Below are positions 38,091-51,332 of a DNA stretch of 64,000 nt, one piece after another. The number at the start of each line of letters is the position of its first letter. Position 1 is the first letter of the stretch. The position numbers and the translations under genes were made by a program. This stretch comes from Rhina ancylostomus (Eukaryota): positions 14,384,918-14,448,917 of the forward strand of contig JARFYF010000056.1 of assembly GCA_030265395.1 (NCBI GenBank). Reading direction: 5' to 3'. The notes under the pieces are model-generated. The model was not told the origin of the DNA and searched no databases. It saw nothing but the letters and a program-made list of their open reading frames with translations.

Positions 38091-40005
38091 CAAATCTCAA
38101 CTGGTCAATCAATATAAGATGGGTTACACAGCGGCCTAACTTGAGAATGAATCCATGTCTGCCCTACTCAAATGGTATATGTAAATAATTTGAGTGTATA
38201 TATTCAAAATATTTTTGAAGTTTAATCTTGTACATAACCTTCTAGTGACAGTGGTATTTTGTAATAGGTAAACGGCGATTCTCCACAGTTTTTGTTTCTC
38301 ACCATGTACATAAAACATTTTGGTGCCTCATTTTCTCTTGTGATTACATAGGATAATATTAAATTTCTTAAAAATAATGATGTGTGTGCAGTGATTATTG
38401 TGCTGGAAGCACACTGAAGCCGATGGCTCTGCTTCATGCGGCAGCGAGCAGGTACAAGATTTTACTGCAGAGTCAATGTTATACAGGGACTTATTAGACC
38501 CAGTCAGCCCACCAAGGCCTTGCAGTTTCATTGTCTGATGACAGCACAATAACGGTAATTGGGCAGGGGGGGTATTTTGATGAAGTTATTTCCATGGAGG
38601 GAGGAGGTATACAAAACGAGGGGCACAGAGTAGATTTTGAAAAAACTATTCACACTAGCAGAGGTGTCCATAACCTGAGGGCACAGCTTTTACATAAGGG
38701 GAAGGTGATTCGGGGGTGGATGGGTGTGATGAAAGGAAAAGACTTTTTCACCCAGACGCCAGTTGGAGTGCATTGGCTGAGGGGGTTGTGGAGCCAGGTA
38801 CTTGACAACATTTAGATAGTATTTGGATGAGCACCTGAAACAAATCAGCAAAAGGTTGCCAAACAGGACAGACTTCTTCACCCAGGAAGCAGCAAACCTT
38901 TGAAACTCCCAATGCAAAAGGATAGCGAGAGGGGCTCAGTGGCTCATTATATTAAGATAATGACAGATTTTTAGATAATCAATGGCCAAGTGGTTAGTGG
39001 GAGACAGACACTTGAGGTAAAAGGTCTAATCAATTGGCAGAGGAGACTAGGAGAAAATGGCCTACTCCTGCTTCTAATTCTGTTCTTAAGCCACGAGAAG
39101 TACAAGAGAAATACAAGCTCGTCTTTTTTCTAGGCTGGTCCATAGGTTGGTCTTCTTGGTCTATTGGCCAGAGGTTCCCTGTTTTGTTGGAGTGTGGGCC
39201 TCTCTTGATGCAGTTCCCAATGGTCATGATTAGCACCAGGGGTCACAGAATGACTTGCATGCGAGATGTGTGAAGATGTCCTATAGAGGTCCAATACCGT
39301 AGAAAGGGTGGCACCTTGCACTTCTCAGGCAGAACTATGAAAACAGAGGCACTTTTAGGAACAGCAAGAAGCAAAGCCATTAGACCAAAAAGTAAACCTC
39401 AGACTGGAGAAAGCAACCGAGGAAAATGTGAGGTGTAGAACTGAAACGAGGGCATTCACAGAAACAGAACATCCCATTCACCACACACTAATCCTGTCAG
39501 CAAAAGACAGCACTTCTCTGCAAAACACAGCTGACAAAAATAGCTGTTGTTGACACAGAGCTGGTGAGAATTCCGCAGTAGAGGAACATGATAATTAACT
39601 GCATGAGAAATGAAAGCATCCCCTCTCACAGGCCTTTACCAAGCACACATCTGGTAACCTAATTGAAATCATCAGGAAAGTGCTCCATTAATACGTTGAA
39701 TAGCTGCTATCCTCATTGTTCTGTGGGTAGTATTCTTGGCAGTCTGAAGTCCATGGCTTCAAGACTCACTTCAGACAGAGGCTGACACAGCAGTGCAATA
39801 GGGCCACAATCCAGGTGGATGTTGAACTTAAGGCCTTGGCTCCTAGGATGAAATTCCTACTTCACATTTGAGTAACAGGGAAGTAATCCCTATTTTGGCC
39901 AAAATTTATCCTTTAACTGAAAATAGAATAAAGTCGCTCCTGATAGTGGGCATAAAGTTGATAGCCTCATTTCCTCCATTACAGTAGTGACCAACTTAAA
40001 AGACA

Positions 40006-40151
40006 ACACAAAGCACTGGAGGAACTCAGCAGGTGAGGCAGCATCTATGGAGGGAAATGGACAGACAACCCTGTCTCAACCCAAAATGTCGATTGTCCAC
40101 TTCCCTCCTTAACTGCTGTCTGACTCACTGAGCTCCTCCAGCACTTTGTAT
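40006..40151. mobile_element. Palindromic non-autonomous element (hairpin)
   Basis: acaaagcactggaggaactcagcaggtgaggcagc...gggaaatggaca pairs with tgtccacttccc...gctgtctgactcactgagctcctccagcactttgt; related copies near 770-890, 7555-7670, 12830-12980, 22040-22180, 22400-22500, 41770-41860. Confidence 0.7.
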
Positions 40152-42002
40152 GTTGAAAAATACTTCATTGGATACAAATCACCAACATCGGCAAGTCATG
40201 AGAAATGCTTTTGTTTTTGAATTCAAAGTCAGTTTCTTTCACCAGCCTGAACTATTGAGCATTCTCTGGGCTGAAGTTAAAGCCATCTTGATCCAACAGC
40301 CAATACTAACATCAGTAATTTACAAACCATCTTCTGCCTGCTCCTTGATCAGATGGGAACTGACACCTTCTGCCCTCAGGTCAGTACAGGGCAAAACCTC
40401 TGATCAAGTCATAAACCAGATCTCAAAAACCTTATCCCATCAAGTAGCAAAGTGGTACATCACACACAAGCATTAACCCACCCCAAGCAAAATGCTCATT
40501 GCAATGAAGTCAAGGTGCTTGATGGGAGATGGGGATCCACTGTTACTGAAAAGTGCATGCCAGGGTCTCTTCAGTCTCAAACTAATGTCATTTTCCAGCT
40601 TACTGATGACACATACATACAACAAATCTGTGCTGAGCTAAAGCATCCCTGCAGTGAACAGTTAAATAGATATCCTTCAATAAAAAGCTAAGATTAAAAA
40701 TTGCATTGCTATGTGCTTTGAATAGTTTAATTATATATTTTTTTAATCTTACAAATTTAAAATTAAGTAATGAATCATGTCTCATCACTTCAAAGGCGTT
40801 AAAACAGTTCACTTTCCCCTACTATTTTGAAGGTGTTGAGATATACTAACAGCATTTGTTATCTTAGCCATCCCAAATACTTTGCTTTGGAACCTGGACA
40901 ATAGATGTCAGCAAGATTATGACAGGAGATGGTAATATTGTGGAGGAATATGATCTTGCCCACTTCTCCATATTCATGTGTCAATTTTCCATTAGATGCC
41001 ACTGGGTGCTTCGGTGATGAACACCTGGCTAACATTTCATAAATCCATGGAACAATTGGGAGCAGCCGTACACATTTTTAAAAACAAAAAGGACAAAGCC
41101 TGCCCTCACCAATACAGTCAACTATCCGCAAGCAGACTTAGAAAAAATCCTATTTCAACCAGGATTCTTTAGGTTCAAGCCCATTAGTTAATATCAACTA
41201 ATGGACAAAAGGTCAAGAAGTCGAGCAGAACTTCATCTCCATTCCAAACCAAGATCTGATTTACTCACTGAATACTGCTGACACCATTTCAGCTCTATTA
41301 CTGAGAATTTTACTTGCAGATTATATCTCAACCACTGCAGTGCGGTTTCATATGGCTGATAAAGCACTTTTAACTTCAAAGCTGAGGGAAAAGTCCAAAT
41401 AGATATCCCTCAAATGTGCCACGAGTACAGACCTGACTGTCTTACTTATTAAAATTATAATTTTGGGCTTTATTTAAATAAAGATCTTGCTCTGATCAAA
41501 ATCAACTGTCTTAGATATAATCTTCAATCTCAAAGCAATTTAAAAGAAAATTAAGCTACTGTGAAACGTGACTGCTGAATCCAAAAGCAGGCTAGGAACT
41601 CAACTAATTTTAATGTTAAATTTGCCACACCATTGTGCTGTTGCCTGGAACAATTGCCACTCTGTATCACTGAAATAACATATCACATCCAGCTCTTGCC
41701 CGATTTGCATGATGCACAAGATTTGCATAGTCATCAGCTATAGTGATATTTATAGACCACATCATAGCAAAATACTGCAGATGCCAGAAATCTGGTAAAG
41801 GCAGATGGCAAAAATATTCAGCGAGTCAGGCAGCATGAGTGGAGAAACTAAGTTCGTGTTCCAGCTTAGTATCTCCACTCATGCAGAATGAGTGCAGTGG
41901 GGTGTAGAATGGAGGAAAGAACGAAGGAGGAACTTCTGTAACAGGATGCAGAGAGAAGGAAGATTAATGACAAACAGGATAAGCATGCAAAGTGAAAGGC
42001 AA

Positions 42003-42450
42003 AGATTTATTTATTAGTCACATGTATGCCAAAACACAGTGAAATGCATCTTTTGCTTAGAGTGTTCCGGGGGCAGCCCGCAAGTGTAAAGAATGAAAAG
42101 AATACAAAATCATGAGGGGCAGAGATAAGGTGGGTGGTCACAGTCTTCCAAGGGTAGGGGAGACCAAAGCTAGAGGGCATAGATTTAAGGCAAGAGGGGA
42201 AAGATTTAAAAAGGGACATGAGGGGCAACTCCCTCCCCCTGTGTGGCAGGTATATGGAACGTGCTGCCAGAGGAAGCTGTAGAGGCAAGTACAATTATAA
42301 TGTTTAAAAGACGTTAAGACAGGTACATGGATAGGAAAGGTTTAGAATGAACAAAGGCCAGAGGCAAATAGGACTAACTCACATGGACAACATGGTCAGC
42401 ATGAATGAGTTGGGCCGAAGGGCCCGTTTCCACGCTGTTCAACTCTAATC
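42003..42450. mobile_element. SINE tail (minus, 42003-42087) fused to a CR1 3' end (plus, about 42100-42450)
   Basis: tttattagtcacatg...gcagcccgcaagtgt matches the 8385 SINE; followed by aaaatcatgaggggcagagataagg...tgagttgggccgaagggccc. Confidence 0.75.
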
Positions 42451-44749
42451 ACACTATGGTCTGTTAACAGAAACAGCAGAATCAAATCTGGGATTGTCAT
42501 CTGTATTGGAAGATCAACCAGAGCTCCTAATTCCTGACTGCTGTTCAGTAATTTGCAATTTATCGTTTAGGCTTGGGTTTGAGGTCACCTCTGGTGCCTC
42601 CTGATTCACAATAAGTCCCTTAATTACATACAAAAACATGCACTAAACTCAGCACCCTCTAAGAATTTAGGATTTTTTTTAAACCTTTAATCATCTTTGT
42701 AAATATAACCAGAGGACTTTCACATACTATTACATTGCTACCCATACATCGTAACTCAAGTTCTATTCACTCATTATGTACAAGGGTATTTCTTGACACT
42801 TTTCCAGACCACGTAACTGGAGATGGGGCAGGGTGTGCAAATTGCAGCAAACAGAAAATTCACTTAGAAAGCAGTCCATTTACTCAAGTCACTCAACAGT
42901 AACAATTACCAAGCCTGATTAACAGGGAAATGTCCTCTGTCTGCTCCCTCCAGTAGGTAGGCCACATGGTTAGAAGATGCAGCTTTACACCAAAGCAAAA
43001 AGTGGTGGATTCTAGCAATCTGTAAAATGGAGTGTTGGGAAGCCATAGCAGCAATGGAGCGAGAAACAGTTAACATTTCAATCGTGGTGTGGTGTTTTGA
43101 ATCCTACACAGATTTGGTGTTGAACAGACATTCAGTATAATATTCCTGAAAATTGTGACGTCTAAAAATGTACCCCAAATGTAGAGTTTATAAATCTTAA
43201 GTCATAGATGGACGATCTAAAAATGATAACTCAGTCATCCTGCTCAGAAAGAGGAAAAGGAACTCCAGTAATGCATTTTCTTTCATGACTGCAATATGCC
43301 TAAACTATGTTTGTTATCTGTCTGAATATTTCTTGTGGCTTGGGGTCAATTTTTGACTGGTTATATTGCAGTGATGTGTCTTGGGATGTTTTACCACACT
43401 AAAGTCATGTTATAAATGCAAGTTGCTGTGTGAAAAGTTGCAGTAAAACCTTTGTGGCCAATCTGCATTGGTGAGATCCAAGAAATATGAAATAATCAAA
43501 TAAATCACAGGATAAATATTTGTTCAGACCAGTAGCACTTTCCTCTTCAATTTCCCTGGAATCTTTTAGGTCCACTTGAGTAAGCAGGGATCTAGTCTGA
43601 AGTCTCATTCCACCTCCAACAGTTCAACACTTAATTTTGCAATGGAACATCAGTCTTGTTCCACCCATGTCTCTGGCATGCACTTTGTATCACGGATGAC
43701 ACTGATCCAAGGTCAACGATTCAGTATCACCACTTTGGTCAGTTTTAAAATTTGATGAAAAGGCATTTTGCAGAAATAAGGCACCCAACTTCTTAAAAAG
43801 ATCTGCAAAAGACAAAATGAAACTGCAAGGACCCTCCATAAATCCATGCACCATTCATAATGAAATCTCATCCAGTCTTTATAGCTTCAGCCTAAGACAA
43901 ACAGACCAACAGTAGGACAATAGACAAAAATCAGTTCAAGTGTGTTACTTTTATTGAACACGTTAATTCTTGGCCAAATCTAGAAACAGTCCCAGAATTT
44001 AACAGTCATCTTGCTGGAGTAACAGTCCCAACAGTGCCATTTTCAGTAAGGCAGCTCTACCTGTACAATCTTTCCTAGAACTTAAAAGGTGCAAATGCGT
44101 TGAAATGGCTCAGACATTTTACAGTGTAATTTAAAAATAACTAATTTTCACAAACCTGCAGCAGGTCAGGCAAATCTTAAATTCTTTTTGCACAATGAAC
44201 ACCTTTCCCAGCTTTAACCAGAGAAGTATACAGAACATTTCTTCCATCCTGATAAGTTTGTTAAAATAAGCTTGAAGCCTTGTTTGCTTGCTTTGGTGCA
44301 GAGGGGTTTCTCTAATGATGTTGCTATTAAAGCTGCATTTTATTCTTGAATAGATTTGCTTCACAAACTTCAAAGAGGCAGGGTGAGCAAAATTAAAAGA
44401 GATTAGCATGAATGCTTTGAAAATCCTCCAAGACATGGAAGACATTCCATAAAAATTGAATATTCTTCCTATTTCTATTTTGTGCTGCAGTATGGATCTC
44501 TCAGGGGATCCTAAAGTTCTTTACAGGCAAACAGTAAGCAAAAAAAGGGTTGGGTTAATGCCTTTCCTGAAAGATAGCACTTCCACCACCCAGTGATATA
44601 TAAGAAGACACATTGTAGTACAAGACTGGGACCTAACTCTACACATCCTGACTCAGAGACTAGAATGCCCGTATTCTTCAGAGAATATCAGAATTAAGCC
44701 CAATACTCTTCTTGTCTGCTCACTACATTTTAACAGCTGGGATTGTTTC

Positions 44750-44923
44750 AAAATCTGTGGAATTTGTTGCCACGGGCAGCTCTGGAGGCAAAGTCATTGG
44801 GTGTATTAAAAGCAGAGATTGATAGGTATCTGAGTAGCCAGGGCATGAAAGGTTATGGTGAGAAGGTGGGGGAGTGGGGCTAAATGGGAGAATGGATCAG
44901 CTCATGATAGAATGGCAGAGCAG
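44750..44923 (+). mobile_element. CR1 LINE 3' end abutting a gap
   Basis: aatctgtggaatttgttgccac...gcagagattgatagg...ggatcagctcatgatagaatggcagagcag. Confidence 0.75.
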
Positions 44924-45029
44924 NNNNNNNNNNNNNNNNNNNNNNNNNNNNNNNNNNNNNNNNNNNNNNNNNNNNNNNNNNNNNNNNNNNNNNNNNNNNN
45001 NNNNNNNNNNNNNNNNNNNNNNNCAGCCT

Positions 45030-48000
45030 CTAAGTATTTTGATTGACTGTTTTCTTGTGGCATTTGCTCAGGTCAGAAATTGCACTGATGGGTAGGGAAG
45101 AGGTTTTGGGCCAAAGTCTGTTGAGACATGTTTACGCAAAATAAAAAGTTAATATTTTTGCTAGTGTGATGAACATTTATGAACACAATATTTATACATA
45201 CATATTATTAGGGCCAAAGGTGTGGTCCTGATTACAAGAATAATGTAGTCAGCCCATTGATGTGGGCTTTCAAATCAAACTTTGAGTAGGAGGGACTGAT
45301 AGCAGTACAAGGACAGAGCATTTCTCAGTCTACAAGAGGCAGTTATTAAATAAATGAACTGCTTTGGTTGGAGTAGGTGTGATGAGTGTCAGTGTTTAAA
45401 CACTAGCTTAGTATTAAATAAAAACAAGCTTGCAGGATTTTTTTTCTACCCCTCTCACCTTAAGGATATTGGAAATTATTACTTCCCTTAATTCTTCCTC
45501 TCAATTGTTCACATTCTAGGTATGGCAGCTTTTCCAACTATTCATGATGAACATGGAATGGGAGGCAAGGAATGTTTGATGCTGCACTATGTTCAATTGC
45601 TCTCTCAGGCATAACAGTAGAGTTGACTTGGGACAACAAGGATAAATGTTTAGTGAGGATTCCTGCTGATCTCCCTTCAGCAATGGATGGATGCTAGGTG
45701 GGAACAGGGATCCAGCTGAAGCACATGAATATTGGCTGTGCCAGAAGATGCAAGCTGTGCAGAGGGGGCCAGAAGGGATAAAGTGAAATAATTCAACAGA
45801 AAACCAATTTATCTTTAACTCCAAATGATTGGATTTCACTTCACAGCATATCTTCTGCTAACCATACCAAGTCCTGTTTATTCAGCAGATCTAGAGATTT
45901 CTTCACTTTGTCTCCATCTTAGAAGCTTCCCTGATCAGATGCATTTGAAAACCACATTGAACAGATTCATGATAACAATTAAGCTTTCACACCAAGACAA
46001 TTCAATTAACAATTTTGACAAAATCCTTGGGACACCCATTTTCTTAAATCTACAATACATTTAAAATATACAACTTTCAAATCAATAATATTTGTGAATC
46101 TCAAAGTCAAAAGCATCTGTATCTTGTACCTTTAAAATAATCACATTGAAGAATCCCTAAACAGCTCGTGTTTCACACATTAGTGACATGGATGAAAGCA
46201 AAAACGCAGTCTGTTGCCTGCAAATGCCCCAAGTAAAGAATTCCAGTAGTTAAGGAACCAGACCAAATCAGAAAGATCAGCAGTTTAAGTTCCTGTTAGA
46301 GTTTTGTTGGAAATTTGAAAGGCAATTTCAAAATAAAAAAGACTTTACGGTTAGCATTTCTTGATGCCGTGTCAAATGCTATCATGCATACACATTCTCA
46401 AAAAGGCCAGAAGTTACCAACTGTTTGCAATGGTTTCCAAATGGAAACAGCCAATAAATGGAAAAAGACCTAGACTTTACTGATAAATATCAGCCAGCAT
46501 TTCTAGCCTTCAAAGTTAAAGATTCTTGGAAGACAGTCTGTAAGATATTTACATGGGTTATTATCTAACACATGCATTTAGTGAATTTCATAAATGTCAT
46601 CTTCTGCAACTTTTAAACAAAACTGTAGAGCAAAAAGCTTAAAACTGTGCACATTACACCTTCCTGACAAATCAGCATGTGAAATTTGATAAACTTTGGA
46701 TTAAAAATATTAGTCAGTTCACATGCTTCACAAGTGTATGCAGAAAAAGCACCCTTTTTCACAGCATGTGAAAATACTTCTCTACTGAATCAGACTTGTG
46801 AAATTCTATTGGTGAATTCAGAAAACTAAGAGGGACAATTTTTAGATGCTGTAAATGTTAGAATCAGAAAATCTTTCAATAGGATCTTGACAGTAGGATT
46901 AGTAGTCTAGCAGAACAGTCAGAAAATGCCAATTCAGGAAATTCATAATCAATGTTCTCCAAATTTTTGTTGAAGTCCACTAGATGTCCTTCTCGTTTGT
47001 TCATTCTCTCCTTTGTCATGCCAGCTCCACCTCCCACCATTTTATCCCTAGTATTCAAATACCAGAAATTTGAAGCTGTTTAGTTTTCATTTTCATCCCT
47101 GATTACTGTAGTTTAACTGGTGCAATTTCACTGATACTCTACAGTTAACTGAAGAATATTTTGTTAAAAATTAGTTTTCTTACACTTGGGAACTGAAGGA
47201 TTCAAAAACCCTCATGTCAAAATGAGAATTGCTGAATTAAGAGCTGCATTTATTTCAATTGTTGTTTTTCATCACTACTCCCAAAAATCAGCTCTAAGAA
47301 AAACCTGTGTAGGTTAACATCCTTCCAAACCCATTTCAGCATAACCACGAAGATACTTCAGTACTGTCAATTGTATTCAATCATACTGATGTTTTTTAAA
47401 AAACCCTCCTACACCATAATTCATGTTCACCAAGTTGCACTTGTTTTGACATTTTAAAGTCATATTTCAAATTACTTGCTGTTTATGGATCAAATGATCA
47501 CATCCATTCAGTCCCAACACAGCAAAGCACCATTTAACTTCAAAGCTTTTGGCACAGGGAATTTCTTGGAGACAAACCATTGTGTTGCATGAAGCCTCCA
47601 TCTCCTAAATCAGGACACTAGCCCATATTGAAATGTAATAAGACTGCTTGCCTCAGGCCAAAAGAGGCAAGCTTATAACAAAATCATTTCTAAAAAACCT
47701 CTCAACTCTACTGAATATTTCCCTAGTGAATCTGCAATTATTAAGCCTGAAAGGATAAAGTATGTGACAAAACCACCTTACTGAACAGTATAGCCAGAAA
47801 ATATTAAACCCAATTGTGTTCAGCAGTTCATGTATTTTTCAGAAATACATCTTTTAGTTAATTTTTGTTATCCCAGTGCTATTCTGTACTACAGAAATCT
47901 TTGAAATTATCAAAACAAAGTCAAAGCAGTAACAATTTCTACAAATAATCCTCTGGAAATGTGAAGGTGCCCTGTTGATCCAATGGTTGAAAACAGACAC

Positions 48001-50838
48001 TGTGCAATACTGAAACTGGAAAGCATGTACTTTGTAGTTCCTGAATCTCACACTGGAGACAATAATTGTTCCTCCAGCCGAAACAGTTCTTCCTTTTCTA
48101 ATGAACTGAATGCAAGCTTAAAGGATTAAGGCATAACATTTACTTTGAAAGTTTCAGTGTCTATACTTGGTTATATTTCGACAAAGTTGCTCCATTTGTC
48201 CAAATTTTTTTTTTAAATGGCAAGTTTCACAAATGTTCTCTACAACCAATTGAGGGTTTGTTATTGTGCTGGGCAATTTAGCTCAAGGTCAGTAATTCCA
48301 AAACATGCCTTTCCCATGCTGGGATTGTGGTGATTGCTTGCAGGATAGTGAGAACATACAGGAGAAAGGGAGAATTTAACAAAATGAGTTACACCAGCAC
48401 TTTATTAGAAGTGCATCCAAATCCCACAAAAGGAATTGTCATCATTAAACCACTGCACTGATGGGCAGGAAGACAAGGTGAACAGGTCCAACAAGCTCAA
48501 AAGGAAAAGTTCCAAAATGTGGAGTAGAGGCTCCTCTTGAGACTTCCATGTTTTAATTATGCAAATTGTTTTTTCCAAAAGCAATTTGCTAGTTGACCAT
48601 TAAATTCAACCTGGCAGAAAAACTCAATCTCTGGGAAGACAAAGTGGTACTTTCCCACTCGTGTGCTCATCCTGCCCAAATAAAAAAGGGCATACAGAAG
48701 CAGTGTTGAGAGTAGTTGAATTGTTTCTCCAAAGACTTTCCAGATGGAATCTTTTGGGCTTCCCAACAGCTCGATTAGTTCAGACCTACATTCACAATCA
48801 CTAGATCAACAGTGCATACATGTCCCTCTCCCAAGCAGAAGTGGTAGTGTGTCACTTTGAAAGATGAATACCAGAACAGGGGACTGGATAGCATAATCAC
48901 CCTGAGGATTTGCGATGATAGAGCAGGAAGATAGGTTCACTCTTCAATCTTAACTCCTTGGGGGTGGGGGGGGCACAAAGAAAGTGGGGAGAGGCGTAGA
49001 AGTAATGGGAGGCTGTAGCAGCTTCTGACAGCTTGAAAGGCAGGATGAAAATGCTACTTCAGTCCTTCCTCNNNNNNNNNNNNCATTAAAAGTATGGCAT
49101 TTTTGGAGCAATGTTGTATCAGCAGCTGACCGTCTATCCTCTGAACAGAAGTGCACATCAAGATAGACTGAACAACACTGATAACTTGTCTCAGGGCATC
49201 AAGTTTAGCTATTAAAGTAATTAATGATTATATGCAATAAACAATTATAAACCTTATAAGGAAATGTACTAGACTGCCCCATGACTTTATTCAGTGATCT
49301 AACAACACGACTCTGGAGGGAGGATGTTAATTACATGTCAATGAACCACAAGCAGGAAAATCAGCGTTCTGAGAGTTCAAGCAATGACATCACTGTTATC
49401 CCCTTATGGAGAAATTACTAAGATCTTGTTTTAGTAATGCAAATATATGTAATGACTTAATCAATTTGACAACTCATTTTCAAAAATAAAAGCAGAGTGG
49501 CTAGGAAATATTACTATTTTAGAACATGTTCAATTGATGAGAATTTTTGATAACTTACCACGTACAATAAAGTGCATCAGAACAGTGTAACCCAAAATAT
49601 TCAAGCTGCAAGGGTTATGTAGCCAAGCTTTCAAATGACACTTCTGCAATCTTTTGTTAGGGGAATGATCAGTTCCATCCACAGCAGAACAAAAATATTT
49701 TCCAATAAGTGCATTTAGCTAACAGTCACATTAACGGCATGGTTCGTGCCGGTACTGCTTAAAGTGAGGAACTATTTGGAAAATTCACACATTGGTGAAC
49801 AAATCTGTATTTATACATAAATACTGTTAATTCACTTAAATACTATGGGTGCTCTTTTACAATTAACAAAACAATCAGCAAAATATGATGAGATTATTCT
49901 TTCTTGGGAGGAAGAGTAAATCAAATGTCTAAGGCACATGGTTCTGCATGTTTACAATCTAAGTAACATTTTATGACAATGTCNNNNNNNNGCATGATCA
50001 ATGTTCAGTCTTGTCATATCATGCAAACACCCTACACAACTTAAGTCTTTATGCTCTTTTTAAAGGTTCAGTTTGGACTTTTTCCCCATCACCCCCAACC
50101 CACCCCAATAGTAAGTATCACTTGACTTCAAGGAATGAGTGAAGGATTAAAGCCCAACCTGTGTTCCTAACACCACTGCCCTCTGACAGGGTAAAAATAC
50201 TCAAAGTGTTACCAGCAATCAATGCAAATCTTCAAGATTTTTTCAGAGCCAAATGTCATTCAGTCAATCTTCTTACAGCATCACTTATAGCTACATACAT
50301 TTATGTGTCTGAAAAAAATATAATCAGTCAGATTATGCTAAATATTGAATTCCAGCTAGATAAGCTAGTGCACACTGTAGTAGTAATCTTGGCCATCATG
50401 GCTTGAGAGAGCAGATATTGATACATGGATGATGACAATTTTCTTTTAAATTCTATTTCAATCCCATCACAGTTAGTGTGTTTTTAGGAGGTCAGTTCCA
50501 TTTAAAAGTCTGTTAATGGACCAACAGTACTAAATCAGGACTATATACCAGCATTAAAGGCAATTTTCAAATCACCCTGGCTGTTCCATAATTGTGGCCT
50601 TCGATGGGGAGAGATTACAAACTGTCGCCCCGGCAAGTTGAATTAGAAACATCTATTTCACTGTTAAAAAGGCGTCTTCATTCCTTCATGGCAAATTGTA
50701 TACAGGTAAGATAAAAGTCATGTCTTCAGGCAACAGGTACAGGTCAGTGGCTTAATAACACTGCCAAATGTTGAGAGGGTTAGTAGCATGCAAGCCATTT
50801 CAATTAACATGATGAGCTTTCTTCTGATGTGGAAATCT
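45030..50838 (-). other. Probable long NACC2 3' UTR (end not determined)
   Basis: AT-rich, with no recognisable retroelements directly downstream of the stop; several minus-strand AATAAA hexamers (e.g. near 49287, 48401, 45877). Confidence 0.45.
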
Positions 50839-51332
50839 TCACAAGGTCCCTGCATATGTTCCATCCAGTTTTCGCATGGCTGTTTCAGATCTATTATTGG
50901 AGGAAGCTTCATCTTGATCAAAAGTGGAACCTGTATTGGGTGTGTCAGGGGCCAAATTATTAGTGCCAGCAGCTTCTCTTATTACCGATTCCACCATTTC
51001 ATTCTGTTCACATGACTGGATGGAGCTGGGGGACTCCACATCTATGCTTACAGGGTTTGTTCTTTCGCCGAGTACAGTTCCAGGATCACTACGCTTCTCA
51101 GCTTGACTACTTTGCTCAAATGCCAGCCCAGTTCCATACAGCTCTGGGTCCAAACTGTCTCCGCCACCTGCGTCTCCAATAACAGTGCGGTACACTTCCA
51201 CCCCATCAGGCAGCATTGATTTAATCTTAGGCAGCCAGCGCTTGCGAACTCGTCGAGCATTAGTGCACATATCGGCAGCAATCACATTCATCTCACTTTC
51301 TTTGAAATTGGGAGCAAAATTCTGACAATATA
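50839..51332 (-). CDS. NACC2: NACC2 last coding exon
   Basis: tttaacag acceptor; [44 protein letters not shown]...YAGTL, TGA at 50841-50839. Confidence 0.95.
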
